A stretch of 64,000 nucleotides of DNA from a virus. Position 1 is the first letter of the stretch, and the number at the start of each line of letters is the position of its first letter. Where the stretch lies: the IMG/VR virus record IMGVR_UViG_3300022602_000001. One strand, written 5' to 3'. A program made the position numbers and the translations under genes. This document shows positions 9,563 through 18,433 of this stretch, piece by piece. The notes under the pieces are model-generated. The model was given only the letters and a program-made list of their open reading frames with translations, had not been told where the DNA came from and did not search any database.

Positions 9563-11662
9563 ATGGCCGAAACACTCATTAGCCCAGGAGTTTTCTTGAA
9601 TGAAAACGATCAAAGTCAAATAACCCAGGGTCCAATTGCAGCTGGAGCAGCTGTGGTGGGCCCAACAGTATTGGGACCAGTTAACACTCCAACTCTAGTA
9701 ACTTCATACTCACAATACAAGCAGATATTTGGATCCACCTTCATCTCAGGAGGTGTGACTCTTGAATACACAACCAACGTAGCTGTCCTAAACTACTTCA
9801 ACCAGGGGGGAAACTCTCTTCTTGTGACCAGGGTGGCTTCAGGTTCATACACCTCAGCAACTGCAAGCGTTCCAAGCCAAACAGGCCTGACAACTGCAAG
9901 CCTGGTGATTGACTCATCTACCATAGCAACTGGCTCTGGGATTTCAACTTCACTGGTGATAAACGGATACACATTTGTCATAACAGGGTCAAGCTTTGGC
10001 TCTGCTCCAGTGAGCACAAGCTACGTCAGCTCAGGATCGACCTACCCATTAACATCAAATTCACTTACTGCATCAATAAATGCGGTGAAGAGCACCATAA
10101 ACGTAACAGCATCGTTGGTGAGCGGAAACACGTTCACAGTGTCTGCAACGACTCCTGGAATTCAGGGAAACACGTACTACTACATTTCTGGAAGCAACAC
10201 CTACCTGTTCTCAGGAGGCACAAATTCAGTGTCCTTTCAGCTGTCAACATTGTCAGTCGGCCAGGTGATGAACAATGCAACTTCATCTCAGCTGACGCTA
10301 AACTCTTTGCCGTCAGGATCCTCTTCAAACATCAGGTGGGAGATAGTTCAGACCAGCACTGGATCTGGACTCTTCACAGTAAACATAAGAAGAGGGGACG
10401 ACTACGAGAACAGCAAGACCGTTATTGAGAGCTGGACCAATCTTTCGCTGGATCCTAACCAAAGCAACTACATATCCTACGTTATAGGAGACCAGTTCCA
10501 GACCCTTACGCAGGACCCAAGCACAGGAACTTACTACCTGCAGATGACAGGAAGCTACACAAACAAGTCAAAGTACGTGTACGTGTCGTCGATCACTCCG
10601 ACTCCAAACTACATCAACCAGCTTGGAAAGCCACAGAGCCAATACACAGGTTCTCTGCCCCTTTTGGGATCAGGATCCTACAACGGAGGTTTTGGAGGTG
10701 CAAACGGCGCATTCTGGGGTTCTTACGGACTTGCCCCTCTCAACATGTTTGAGAGCATACCAACTGTGACCTCAGTGTACACAAACCCAACAACGAACAT
10801 TCAGGGAGTTTACGCCCCAGACTACGACGTGGCAATAAGCCTGTTGAGCAATCAGGACCAGTACGACTTCAACATCGTATACGCCCCGGGGCTAAACAAC
10901 CAAAATGCCCCAACAGAAATAAACAATCTTCTGTTGCTTGCAAGCAACAGAGGAGACAGCATAGCAGTGGTTGACATGGTTGGATACAACCAGCAGCTCT
11001 CCACTGTGACTAACCAAGCAATAAGCTTTGACAACTCCTACGGAGCAACGTACTGGCCGTGGGTGCAGATAAGGTCCTCAGAGACTGGAAGGATGAACTT
11101 TGTGCCGCCTTCCGTGCTAATACCAGCCGTGTACGAGTACAACGACAAGATTGCGGCAGAGTGGTGGGCCCCAGCAGGTCTGAACAGAGGAGGACTTTCA
11201 ACTGCTCTTCAACCAGAAAGAAAGCTGTCAATCACCGACAGAAACACACTCTACGCAAACAGAGTCAATCCAATAGCAACGTTTGCTGGAGTTGGAACTG
11301 TAGTGTACGGCCAAAAGACTCTGCAGGCAAAGGCATCTGCTCTGGACAGGGTTAACGTGAGAAGACTTCTGATATCCTTGAAGAGGTACATAAGGCAGAT
11401 AGGGCAGACTCTGGTGTTTGAGCCCAATACACAAGTGACGTGGAACAAGTTCCTAAACCAAGTGAATCCTTATCTGGAGTCAGTTCAGCAGAGGCAGGGC
11501 CTCTACGCATTCCAGGTGGTGATGGACAGCACAAACAACACGCCGGACCAAATAGACAGAAACATACTGGTGGGAAGCATATACCTGCAGCCGACCAGAG
11601 TTGCTGAGTTCATACAGCTGGACTTCAACATACTTCCAACAGGGGCAACTTTTGCACAGTAA
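9563..11662 (+). CDS. Contractile tail sheath protein
   Basis: SPGVF.NE.D start, YWPW, WWAPAGLNRG, RVNPI, GQKT, RVNVRRL motifs. Confidence 0.95.
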   Translation: MAETLISPGVFLNENDQSQITQGPIAAGAAVVGPTVLGPVNTPTLVTSYSQYKQIFGSTFISGGVTLEYTTNVAVLNYFNQGGNSLLVTRVASGSYTSATASVPSQTGLTTASLVIDSSTIATGSGISTSLVINGYTFVITGSSFGSAPVSTSYVSSGSTYPLTSNSLTASINAVKSTINVTASLVSGNTFTVSATTPGIQGNTYYYISGSNTYLFSGGTNSVSFQLSTLSVGQVMNNATSSQLTLNSLPSGSSSNIRWEIVQTSTGSGLFTVNIRRGDDYENSKTVIESWTNLSLDPNQSNYISYVIGDQFQTLTQDPSTGTYYLQMTGSYTNKSKYVYVSSITPTPNYINQLGKPQSQYTGSLPLLGSGSYNGGFGGANGAFWGSYGLAPLNMFESIPTVTSVYTNPTTNIQGVYAPDYDVAISLLSNQDQYDFNIVYAPGLNNQNAPTEINNLLLLASNRGDSIAVVDMVGYNQQLSTVTNQAISFDNSYGATYWPWVQIRSSETGRMNFVPPSVLIPAVYEYNDKIAAEWWAPAGLNRGGLSTALQPERKLSITDRNTLYANRVNPIATFAGVGTVVYGQKTLQAKASALDRVNVRRLLISLKRYIRQIGQTLVFEPNTQVTWNKFLNQVNPYLESVQQRQGLYAFQVVMDSTNNTPDQIDRNILVGSIYLQPTRVAEFIQLDFNILPTGATFAQ

Positions 11663-11678
11663 AAAAATACACAGATAA

Positions 11679-12185
11679 ATGAAAGATAGCACGTTAATAA
11701 GGATAAAGGTGCCAAAGGCCCTCTACGAATCAGCTCTTAGACAGGCACTTTTGGAGGCAAAAGAGCCAATTGGAGGCCCCAAGGGAAGGAAGTACTCAAA
11801 GGAGGACGACTACGACAAGCCTGCAAAGAAAGTAAACCCTGCAAAGAAGTACAAGGACGCTGAACCAAAGAGGGGAGTCGGCGCGCACAAGGGAAAGGCA
11901 TTCGTGAAGGACGACGCCTACACAGAGAAGGTGAGCAAGAAGAAGAGCCTTAAAGAGGATGAGTTTGGCTCTGCATACCCCCACCCACACGAGAACACGG
12001 GAGGATCGAGGAACGCAACCCTGTACCCAAACAGAAAGCCAGAGCTGGACGCTAACAGACTGGCGGAGAAGAAGAAAATTCAGGAGCGCAAGCGCAGGGC
12101 GGAAAAGAAGCACAACGACGCTGCTGAGGACAAAAAGTTGATAAAAAAACTGGTAAAGCCGGGAGCTCTTAGGGGTTCAAAATAA
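11679..12185 (+). CDS. Lys-rich low-complexity protein (possible internal head protein)
   Basis: 168-aa ORF with phage-typical codon use, lying between sheath and tube genes. Confidence 0.6.
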   Translation: MKDSTLIRIKVPKALYESALRQALLEAKEPIGGPKGRKYSKEDDYDKPAKKVNPAKKYKDAEPKRGVGAHKGKAFVKDDAYTEKVSKKKSLKEDEFGSAYPHPHENTGGSRNATLYPNRKPELDANRLAEKKKIQERKRRAEKKHNDAAEDKKLIKKLVKPGALRGSK

Positions 12186-12226
12186 TTTTTTACAGCAGAT
12201 ACTTATACTAAACAAAGAATTACACC

Positions 12227-12712
12227 ATGCCACTGTTGGATCCAAATGAGATAATGTTCACTAGCTTTGAGCCGATGGTTCAAAACCGCTTCGTGTTCTA
12301 CGTAGACGGAGTACCATCCTACCTTATAAAAAAGGCGGACGCCCCAGGAGTGACTCTTGGAGAGATAAAAATTGAGCACATAAATGTCTACCGCAAGCTG
12401 AAGGGAAAGGCCGAGTGGAAGGACATAACCCTGGAGCTCTACAGCCCAATATCTCCGTCGGGCCAGCAGGCAGTGATGGAGTGGGTGAGGCTGCACCACG
12501 AGTCTGTGACGGGAAGGGACGGCTACTCTGACTTCTACAAGAAGGACTGCAGCCTTTCAATACTCGGCCCAGTTGGGGACATAGTGTCCGAGTGGGTCAT
12601 CAAGGGAGCTTTCATAAAGGACGCGGCTTTCGGCTCGTACGACTGGGCAACCGCTGATCCCACAATGCTGACGCTGTCACTTGGAATGGACTACTGCGAG
12701 CTTCAGTACTAG
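12227..12712 (+). CDS. Tail tube protein (gp19-like)
   Basis: FEP..QNRF, W.DITL.LY, VMEW, GRDGYSDFYKKD, EW..KGAF motifs. Confidence 0.9.
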   Translation: MPLLDPNEIMFTSFEPMVQNRFVFYVDGVPSYLIKKADAPGVTLGEIKIEHINVYRKLKGKAEWKDITLELYSPISPSGQQAVMEWVRLHHESVTGRDGYSDFYKKDCSLSILGPVGDIVSEWVIKGAFIKDAAFGSYDWATADPTMLTLSLGMDYCELQY

Positions 12713-12731
12713 CAAATACTTTAAATTTTAC

Positions 12732-12758
12732 AGAGCCTCCAAATTTGGGGGCTTTTTT
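12732..12758 (+). terminator. Intrinsic terminator
   Basis: agagcctcca-aatt-tgggggcttt hairpin plus T-run. Confidence 0.8.
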
Positions 12759-12802
12759 GTTTTAAAAAGGTTGTATGCGTATATTTATTATAAATACAAT
12801 TT

Positions 12803-13564
12803 ATGACGGATTCAAAGTTCACTGCGCCGACCGAGGTGGTCGACCTTCCAAGCAAGGGCCTGCTGTACCCAAAGGACAATCACCTGTCCTCGGGCAGCGT
12901 GGAGATGTACTACATGACTGCTAAGACAGAAGACATACTGACAAACACAAACCTTCTTCGACAGGGGCTGGCAGTGGAAAAGATGCTGAAAGCCCTGATA
13001 AAGTCCCCAATAAACTACGAGGACCTTACGATAGGGGACAGAAACGGCCTGCTGATCGCCGCAAGAGTGCTGGGATACGGGAAGGAGTACATAGTTGAGG
13101 CGACGAATCCAAACACAGGAGATTCAGAAAAAGTGAACGTTGACCTGCAGACGCTGAAGTACAAGGAAATAGACTTCTCCGTATTCAGCAATGGAGAGGC
13201 GACCTACGAGCTGCCGCACACAAAGAACGTGGTGACGTTCAAGATTCTGACGGTTGGCGACGACAAGAAGATAGACGAGGAGGCAAAGTCACTAAAAAAG
13301 GCCCTTGGAATTGAGCTGGGAGCCAGCGAGAGGCTCAAGTACCAGATCACGTCGATCAACGGAGAGAGGTCTCCAAAGGCGGTCAGAGAGTTCATAGACT
13401 CTGGTGCGCTTCTTGCTAGGGACTCTAACCCTCTTAGAAAGTACATAAATTCTGTGACTCCAGACGTTGAAATGAGGGCGACTGTCACCTTCAAGGACGG
13501 CACGGACCTGGACATAGACGTTCCGATGACGGCAGAGTTCTTTTTTCCCAACATCGGCGTATAG
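12803..13564 (+). CDS. Tail assembly chaperone / baseplate hub assembly protein (gp26-like)
   Basis: LPSKG..YP, YMTA..EDILT, GDRN.LLIAAR..GYG motifs; lies between tube and tape-measure genes. Confidence 0.8.
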   Translation: MTDSKFTAPTEVVDLPSKGLLYPKDNHLSSGSVEMYYMTAKTEDILTNTNLLRQGLAVEKMLKALIKSPINYEDLTIGDRNGLLIAARVLGYGKEYIVEATNPNTGDSEKVNVDLQTLKYKEIDFSVFSNGEATYELPHTKNVVTFKILTVGDDKKIDEEAKSLKKALGIELGASERLKYQITSINGERSPKAVREFIDSGALLARDSNPLRKYINSVTPDVEMRATVTFKDGTDLDIDVPMTAEFFFPNIGV

Positions 13565-13838
13565 ACCCGTCTTCATGAACGAAGTCTTTGAGCTCGTGTA
13601 CCACGGGGGAGGAGGCTTCAGCTACTCAGAGGTGTGGAATATGCCGGTTCCCCACCGTCGTTTCAGTCTTAGAAAGATAAACGAATACCTGGAAAAGGTC
13701 CAGGAGATGAGAGAGAAGAGCAGCAAGGTTTTGACGGAGAAGTCCGACCTGAGACAGTCAGTCAGAGTGCCAGACCACGTCAACAGAGCGTCCCAGAATG
13801 AGCAGGCGTTCGTTTCCAAAGTGCAGCCAAAAAAATAG
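13545..13838 (+). CDS. Frameshift extension of the tail assembly chaperone (ORF track starts it at 13575)
   Basis: +1 frame open from 13530, reading FFPTSAYRPVFMNEVFELVYHGGGGFSYSEVWNMP; overlaps TTT TTT CCC at the end of the upstream gene. Confidence 0.65.
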   Translation, partial: FPTSAYRPVFMNEVFELVYHGGGGFSYSEVWNMPVPHRRFSLRKINEYLEKVQEMREKSSKVLTEKSDLRQSVRVPDHVNRASQNEQAFVSKVQPKK

Positions 13839-13874
13839 GCCAATTCAATATTTATATGGGTAAAACCACCACGA

Positions 13875-16208
13875 ATGTCTGTTAGCAAGGAAGGCAAAGA
13901 AGTAAAAGCATTTTTGCAGGAAATAAAAAAGAGCGAGGGAGACTACAACGACCTGCTAAAGGATTCCATAAGGGGGCTGGACCGCATCATTGATGCGTAC
14001 GAAAAGATACAGGAGAAAGTCAATGGCCTCTCCAAGTCGACAATAAATTTGTCTGCGCTCAACAAGGAGCTGGAAAAAGCAAAAGCAAAAGAATTCACAT
14101 CTTCCAAAAAGCTGTCAGAGCTGCAAAAAGAGATAAACAAGGACGGAAGGACCGGAGTCGCCAATGCAAATGACTATATAAAATCTCTCAGCAAGTTGAA
14201 GGACTTAGAGGACCAGATACAAAAAGCGGCCGCAATTGGAGACAAAAAGAGAGGAATCAGTCTGCAGAGGGATTACAAGTTGGAACTTGAAAGAAATGAG
14301 AGGCAAAAAACAGGTTTGACTATTCAGGAGGCTGCCTACATAGGTCAGCTGAAGGCAAACCAAATTGCAAAGGAGGCGGTCAATTATGCTCAGGATCACG
14401 TGGACAAGGAGAAGGAGGTTGCAAAGAGAGTGGGATTCACTGGAAATCTCATTGGTCAAGTCAGCAAGTACTTGAAGATTGGTGGAAAATTGTACGAAAA
14501 AATAGTCTTAGAGGCAAGGGAGGGCGAGAAGACCACTAAAAATTTGGTAATTGCAATTTCTTCTTTGGGAATTACTGGGTACGTAGCCACGAGGTCTTTG
14601 GCAAAAGGACTGGCACAAGTTGTTGCTCCAATGAAGAGCATCAATGCCAATTCAACAGGAGTGGTCTCAAACCTAACCAGCAAACTTTCTAGCATTATAA
14701 AAAGCATACCAGTGGTAGGAGGACTGCTGGGAGGGTTAGTAGATGCATTTTCAAGCATTGCAGACCTTTTGTTGGGAGCCAACGATCAGATAGTGAAGGT
14801 TGGAAGAAACCTTGGGCTAAGCACAGCGCAGGCAGAACAAATGGCCCACCACTTTCAGGACTTGTCATATGCCAACAACGACGTATTTGTCACCTCAACA
14901 AAGCTGCTGGAGACTCAGGTGTCCATAGGCGCCCAGCTGGGAATAAACAACCAGCTGACAGACGAGCAGCTGTCAACCCTCAGCAAGCTCAAGGACATTG
15001 CTGGCATTGACGAGGAAACTCAAGCAAGAATAGCAGAGAGCTCTGTTATCACAAGCAGGTCTGCGCAGAGCACGGTCAATTCGGTTTTGGCCCAGGTTGT
15101 TGGACTGCAAAAAGCCACAGGAATTGCTCTTAATCAGAAGCAGGTGCTAAAAGAAGCGTCCAGTTTGGGGGGGTACCTGGGACTGTCATTTGCAAAGTAC
15201 CCCGGGCAGCTGTCAAAGGCATTGGTTGAGGCGAAGACCCTTGGCCTGGAGCTGAAGCAACTGGACTCCATGGCAGACTCCTTTTTGGACTTTGAATCGA
15301 GCATATCAAGCGAATTTGAGGCCCAGCTCTTAACAGGAAAGGACATAAACCTGTCAAAGGCAAGGGAGCTGTTCTTGAACAACGACCTGGCGGGAGCGGC
15401 TGAAGAAATAACCAGCCAGGTGGGAAGCTCTGCGGACTTTTTAAAGATGAACAGAATCCAGGCGGAGTCCCTTGCAAAGGCATTTGGAATGTCAAGGGAC
15501 CAAATGGGAGAAATGCTAAAAAAACAGGAGCTGCTCTCCAAGATAGGAGCAAAGGACACGGACAATGCACAGAAGCAGTTGGAGATAGGAATAAAGAGGT
15601 TCCACGGGCAGAAAGAGCTGGCAGCAGCAATCGGGGAGGAGGCCTACCAAAACATGTTAAACGCATCCACACAGGAAAAGATAGCCGCCTACGTGGACAA
15701 ACTAAAGACGTCAATAGTGGACTTTGTGGAAAAATCTGGGCTGATAGACAAAATTACGGGATTTATTGATTGGCTTTCGAATCCAAAAAACATGCAGGGA
15801 GTGCTGAACACCATAAAGGGGGTCATAGCAAATGCAATAGACTTTTTTGGATATGTGGCTTCGAGCGTTGCAGACTTGATAAGCCACCTGCCTTTTACTG
15901 ACAAAGAAAAGTGGCAGGGAATATCGGATAGCATAATGAGGGGAACAGCGGGTGCTTCTGCAGCAGTCAGAGGCGTTGGTGGATCCTCATTCGGGTCAGA
16001 GAGCGTTGCAGGAAATGCTGCAAGCTCAACAGTCGCGCAGAGCCAGACAATCCAGTACACGCCGTCTGCAGCGGCAGCAGCCACGGGGGGACCAAACATA
16101 TACATAGTGGGAGAAGAAATTAACGGAAGGATGATATATAGGCAGACCGACCAAAGCCACTTTCCTAGTTTTGATAAAACAACTCTTGCGACTGCAGGAA
16201 ACAAATAA
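13875..16208 (+). CDS. Tape measure protein
   Basis: Helical coiled-coil; LDFESSISSEFEAQLLTGK.INL..AR motif; follows the chaperone genes. Confidence 0.8.
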   Translation: MSVSKEGKEVKAFLQEIKKSEGDYNDLLKDSIRGLDRIIDAYEKIQEKVNGLSKSTINLSALNKELEKAKAKEFTSSKKLSELQKEINKDGRTGVANANDYIKSLSKLKDLEDQIQKAAAIGDKKRGISLQRDYKLELERNERQKTGLTIQEAAYIGQLKANQIAKEAVNYAQDHVDKEKEVAKRVGFTGNLIGQVSKYLKIGGKLYEKIVLEAREGEKTTKNLVIAISSLGITGYVATRSLAKGLAQVVAPMKSINANSTGVVSNLTSKLSSIIKSIPVVGGLLGGLVDAFSSIADLLLGANDQIVKVGRNLGLSTAQAEQMAHHFQDLSYANNDVFVTSTKLLETQVSIGAQLGINNQLTDEQLSTLSKLKDIAGIDEETQARIAESSVITSRSAQSTVNSVLAQVVGLQKATGIALNQKQVLKEASSLGGYLGLSFAKYPGQLSKALVEAKTLGLELKQLDSMADSFLDFESSISSEFEAQLLTGKDINLSKARELFLNNDLAGAAEEITSQVGSSADFLKMNRIQAESLAKAFGMSRDQMGEMLKKQELLSKIGAKDTDNAQKQLEIGIKRFHGQKELAAAIGEEAYQNMLNASTQEKIAAYVDKLKTSIVDFVEKSGLIDKITGFIDWLSNPKNMQGVLNTIKGVIANAIDFFGYVASSVADLISHLPFTDKEKWQGISDSIMRGTAGASAAVRGVGGSSFGSESVAGNAASSTVAQSQTIQYTPSAAAAATGGPNIYIVGEEINGRMIYRQTDQSHFPSFDKTTLATAGNK

Positions 16209-16216
16209 TCAAAAAA

Positions 16217-18106
16217 ATGCCATTAGTAGATTTAAAGACAAAATTGAAGGACCTTAAGTTTGGATCTGACAGGGCAATGGGAGGAAGCTCAGGCCAACCG
16301 TATGTGAAGTTCCAGAGCCCTGACAGCGTTCCGACTCAGTTGATTGCGGACTTTTGGCAGAGCACAAGGGATGGGCTGGACTACCCAATAAGGGGATCCA
16401 GCGTATTTGGAGCAGGAGGAATCATGAGCACTCCCAACGGGGAGATCGACAGGCAGAGGATTGGAGAATTTTTGAGGGACTCACCAAGAGGATACACTTT
16501 TGTGCAGAAGCAGATCGGGCTGCAGAAGTCCAATCCACGCATGGAAACAGGAATTCCAAACAGCACATTGACAAATATTCAAAGCATTGTTGGATCGATC
16601 GACAACATAATTCCTGGTGTGAATCTTGGAATAGGAAGGACAATAAATTCTTACATAAACGACTCTTTTACTTTCAATGGAGCTGGAGGAAACAACCAAA
16701 TTTATAACAATGGGAGGAACACCCTAGCGCAGGTTGCATCGTCTGGTACGGGCACTCACATTCCCTACGGGGGATTGGCTCCCTACGACTTAAACGCGCA
16801 GTACTACGTCGACACAGTAGGGCAGCAAATTGGGCTGGGAGTGGACGCAAGCAAGTACAACAGGCTCCTCCTCCTTCAGCAGAGCAAGTTGATCTTGGAC
16901 AATTCAAGCAATCAGACTTCGTTGCTTTCATACGAGGCAGTCAACCTTGGAATATCTCCAAGAGATTTTGTTTTGTTTGACTACCCAGGCGGGCCTGGAT
17001 CTACCTATGGAATAGGAAACACAGTGATCAACAGAGCAGTAGACAGCTCAGAGGCGTACGGCATGACCCAGGATGGATCAACCCAGCAGCTGTTTCCCAA
17101 CGTGTTCACAATGACGTACTCTCAGATTGCTGGGATGGAGAGCAACACACCAGGAGTTCTTTCTGGAAACGGAAAGGACAGAAATTCTACCATACTCTAT
17201 GACTTCAGGGACCTCACTGGAGCTCCCAAAGGCAGCAGTACGTGGACAAAGCAGCAGGGGGTGGACTACAGGTTCTACAGCAGTGGAGTGGACAACATGA
17301 ACAGCGCAATACTAAAGAGCTTGACGGCGGACGATCCGTTCAGCAACATAAGCCAGGGCTCTCCTGACGACATAATAAAGTTTGGGTTTGAGTGTATGAG
17401 CAATGACTTCCCAGGACAGTCCGTTCCTCTTCTGTTCAGGGCCTTTCTGATCAATGGAATAAATGACTCAAACACAGGCGAGTGGAGCTCATTTAAGTAC
17501 ATGGGAAGAGGGGAGACGTTCTACACCTACCAGGGATTCACAAGGCAGATATCGTTTGCTTTCAAGGTAGTTGTGTTTTCCCAGGACGAGCTGCAGCCAC
17601 TATACAACAAGCTGAACTACTTGGTTTCACAGGTGTATCCAGACTACTCAAACGACGGCTACATGAGAGCTCCACTGGTGAAGGTGACCATAGGGGACTA
17701 CCTGTATCGTGTGCCGGGAGTGCTTGAGAGCGTCAACGTGACGGTGGACAACAGCTCCCCATGGGAGCTCCAAGGCTACGACTCTGGGAGCGTGGCCCAG
17801 CTTCCAAAGATGCTGGACGTTGCAGTGTCCTTCAAGCCAATATTTGACGAGCTGCCAAGGAGGTCGGTGACCGGAGTTGACTCTATTGTGGTGGGATCTG
17901 CAATAACGGGAAGAAGGGGATTTTTGAACATCACAAGCGGAAGCATTGTAAAAACTGTAGAAAGACCCCCCATAAACGCGTCTCCAACAGCGGGCCCAAC
18001 CAGCCTTCCTCCGGCCAATGAGCTGCAAATACCGGTATCTCCTCCAGTGCCTAAGAAGTACCAGATGGTTCCAAAAAGGGGACACTGGGTTCCTCCTGGC
18101 TCTTAA
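16217..18106 (+). CDS. Baseplate tube-initiator/hub protein
   Basis: C-terminal tube-like domain (FRAF...W...KYMGRGE.FYTY.GF.R.I.F.F). Confidence 0.65.
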   Translation: MPLVDLKTKLKDLKFGSDRAMGGSSGQPYVKFQSPDSVPTQLIADFWQSTRDGLDYPIRGSSVFGAGGIMSTPNGEIDRQRIGEFLRDSPRGYTFVQKQIGLQKSNPRMETGIPNSTLTNIQSIVGSIDNIIPGVNLGIGRTINSYINDSFTFNGAGGNNQIYNNGRNTLAQVASSGTGTHIPYGGLAPYDLNAQYYVDTVGQQIGLGVDASKYNRLLLLQQSKLILDNSSNQTSLLSYEAVNLGISPRDFVLFDYPGGPGSTYGIGNTVINRAVDSSEAYGMTQDGSTQQLFPNVFTMTYSQIAGMESNTPGVLSGNGKDRNSTILYDFRDLTGAPKGSSTWTKQQGVDYRFYSSGVDNMNSAILKSLTADDPFSNISQGSPDDIIKFGFECMSNDFPGQSVPLLFRAFLINGINDSNTGEWSSFKYMGRGETFYTYQGFTRQISFAFKVVVFSQDELQPLYNKLNYLVSQVYPDYSNDGYMRAPLVKVTIGDYLYRVPGVLESVNVTVDNSSPWELQGYDSGSVAQLPKMLDVAVSFKPIFDELPRRSVTGVDSIVVGSAITGRRGFLNITSGSIVKTVERPPINASPTAGPTSLPPANELQIPVSPPVPKKYQMVPKRGHWVPPGS

Positions 18107-18123
18107 AAAGAAAACAATAAACA

Positions 18124-18432
18124 ATGTTTAACAGATACCAGACCATACCGATACAGAAGGACCAGGCCAGCGGCAGCAGATTCTTTGCAAACGCGGTTTA
18201 TCCCGACATAGAAGTGTCAGACAACGACCTCTACGTAATAACAACCCTGGGAGACAGGTTGGACGTGCTGTCTCAGAGCTACTACGGAGACGTTGACTTT
18301 TGGTGGGTGATAGCTTCGGCAAACTCTCTCACTGGGGACTCTCTGTTCCCTCCCGTCGGTGTGCAGCTCAGAATTCCCACCAATTTGGCCAGCATAGTAA
18401 ACAGTTACAAACAAATAAACTACACGAGGTAA
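18124..18432 (+). CDS. LysM-like baseplate wedge protein (gp53/TailX-like)
   Basis: GDRLD.LS..YYGD..FWWVIASAN...G.QLRIP. Confidence 0.85.
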   Translation: MFNRYQTIPIQKDQASGSRFFANAVYPDIEVSDNDLYVITTLGDRLDVLSQSYYGDVDFWWVIASANSLTGDSLFPPVGVQLRIPTNLASIVNSYKQINYTR

Positions 18433-18433
18433 T

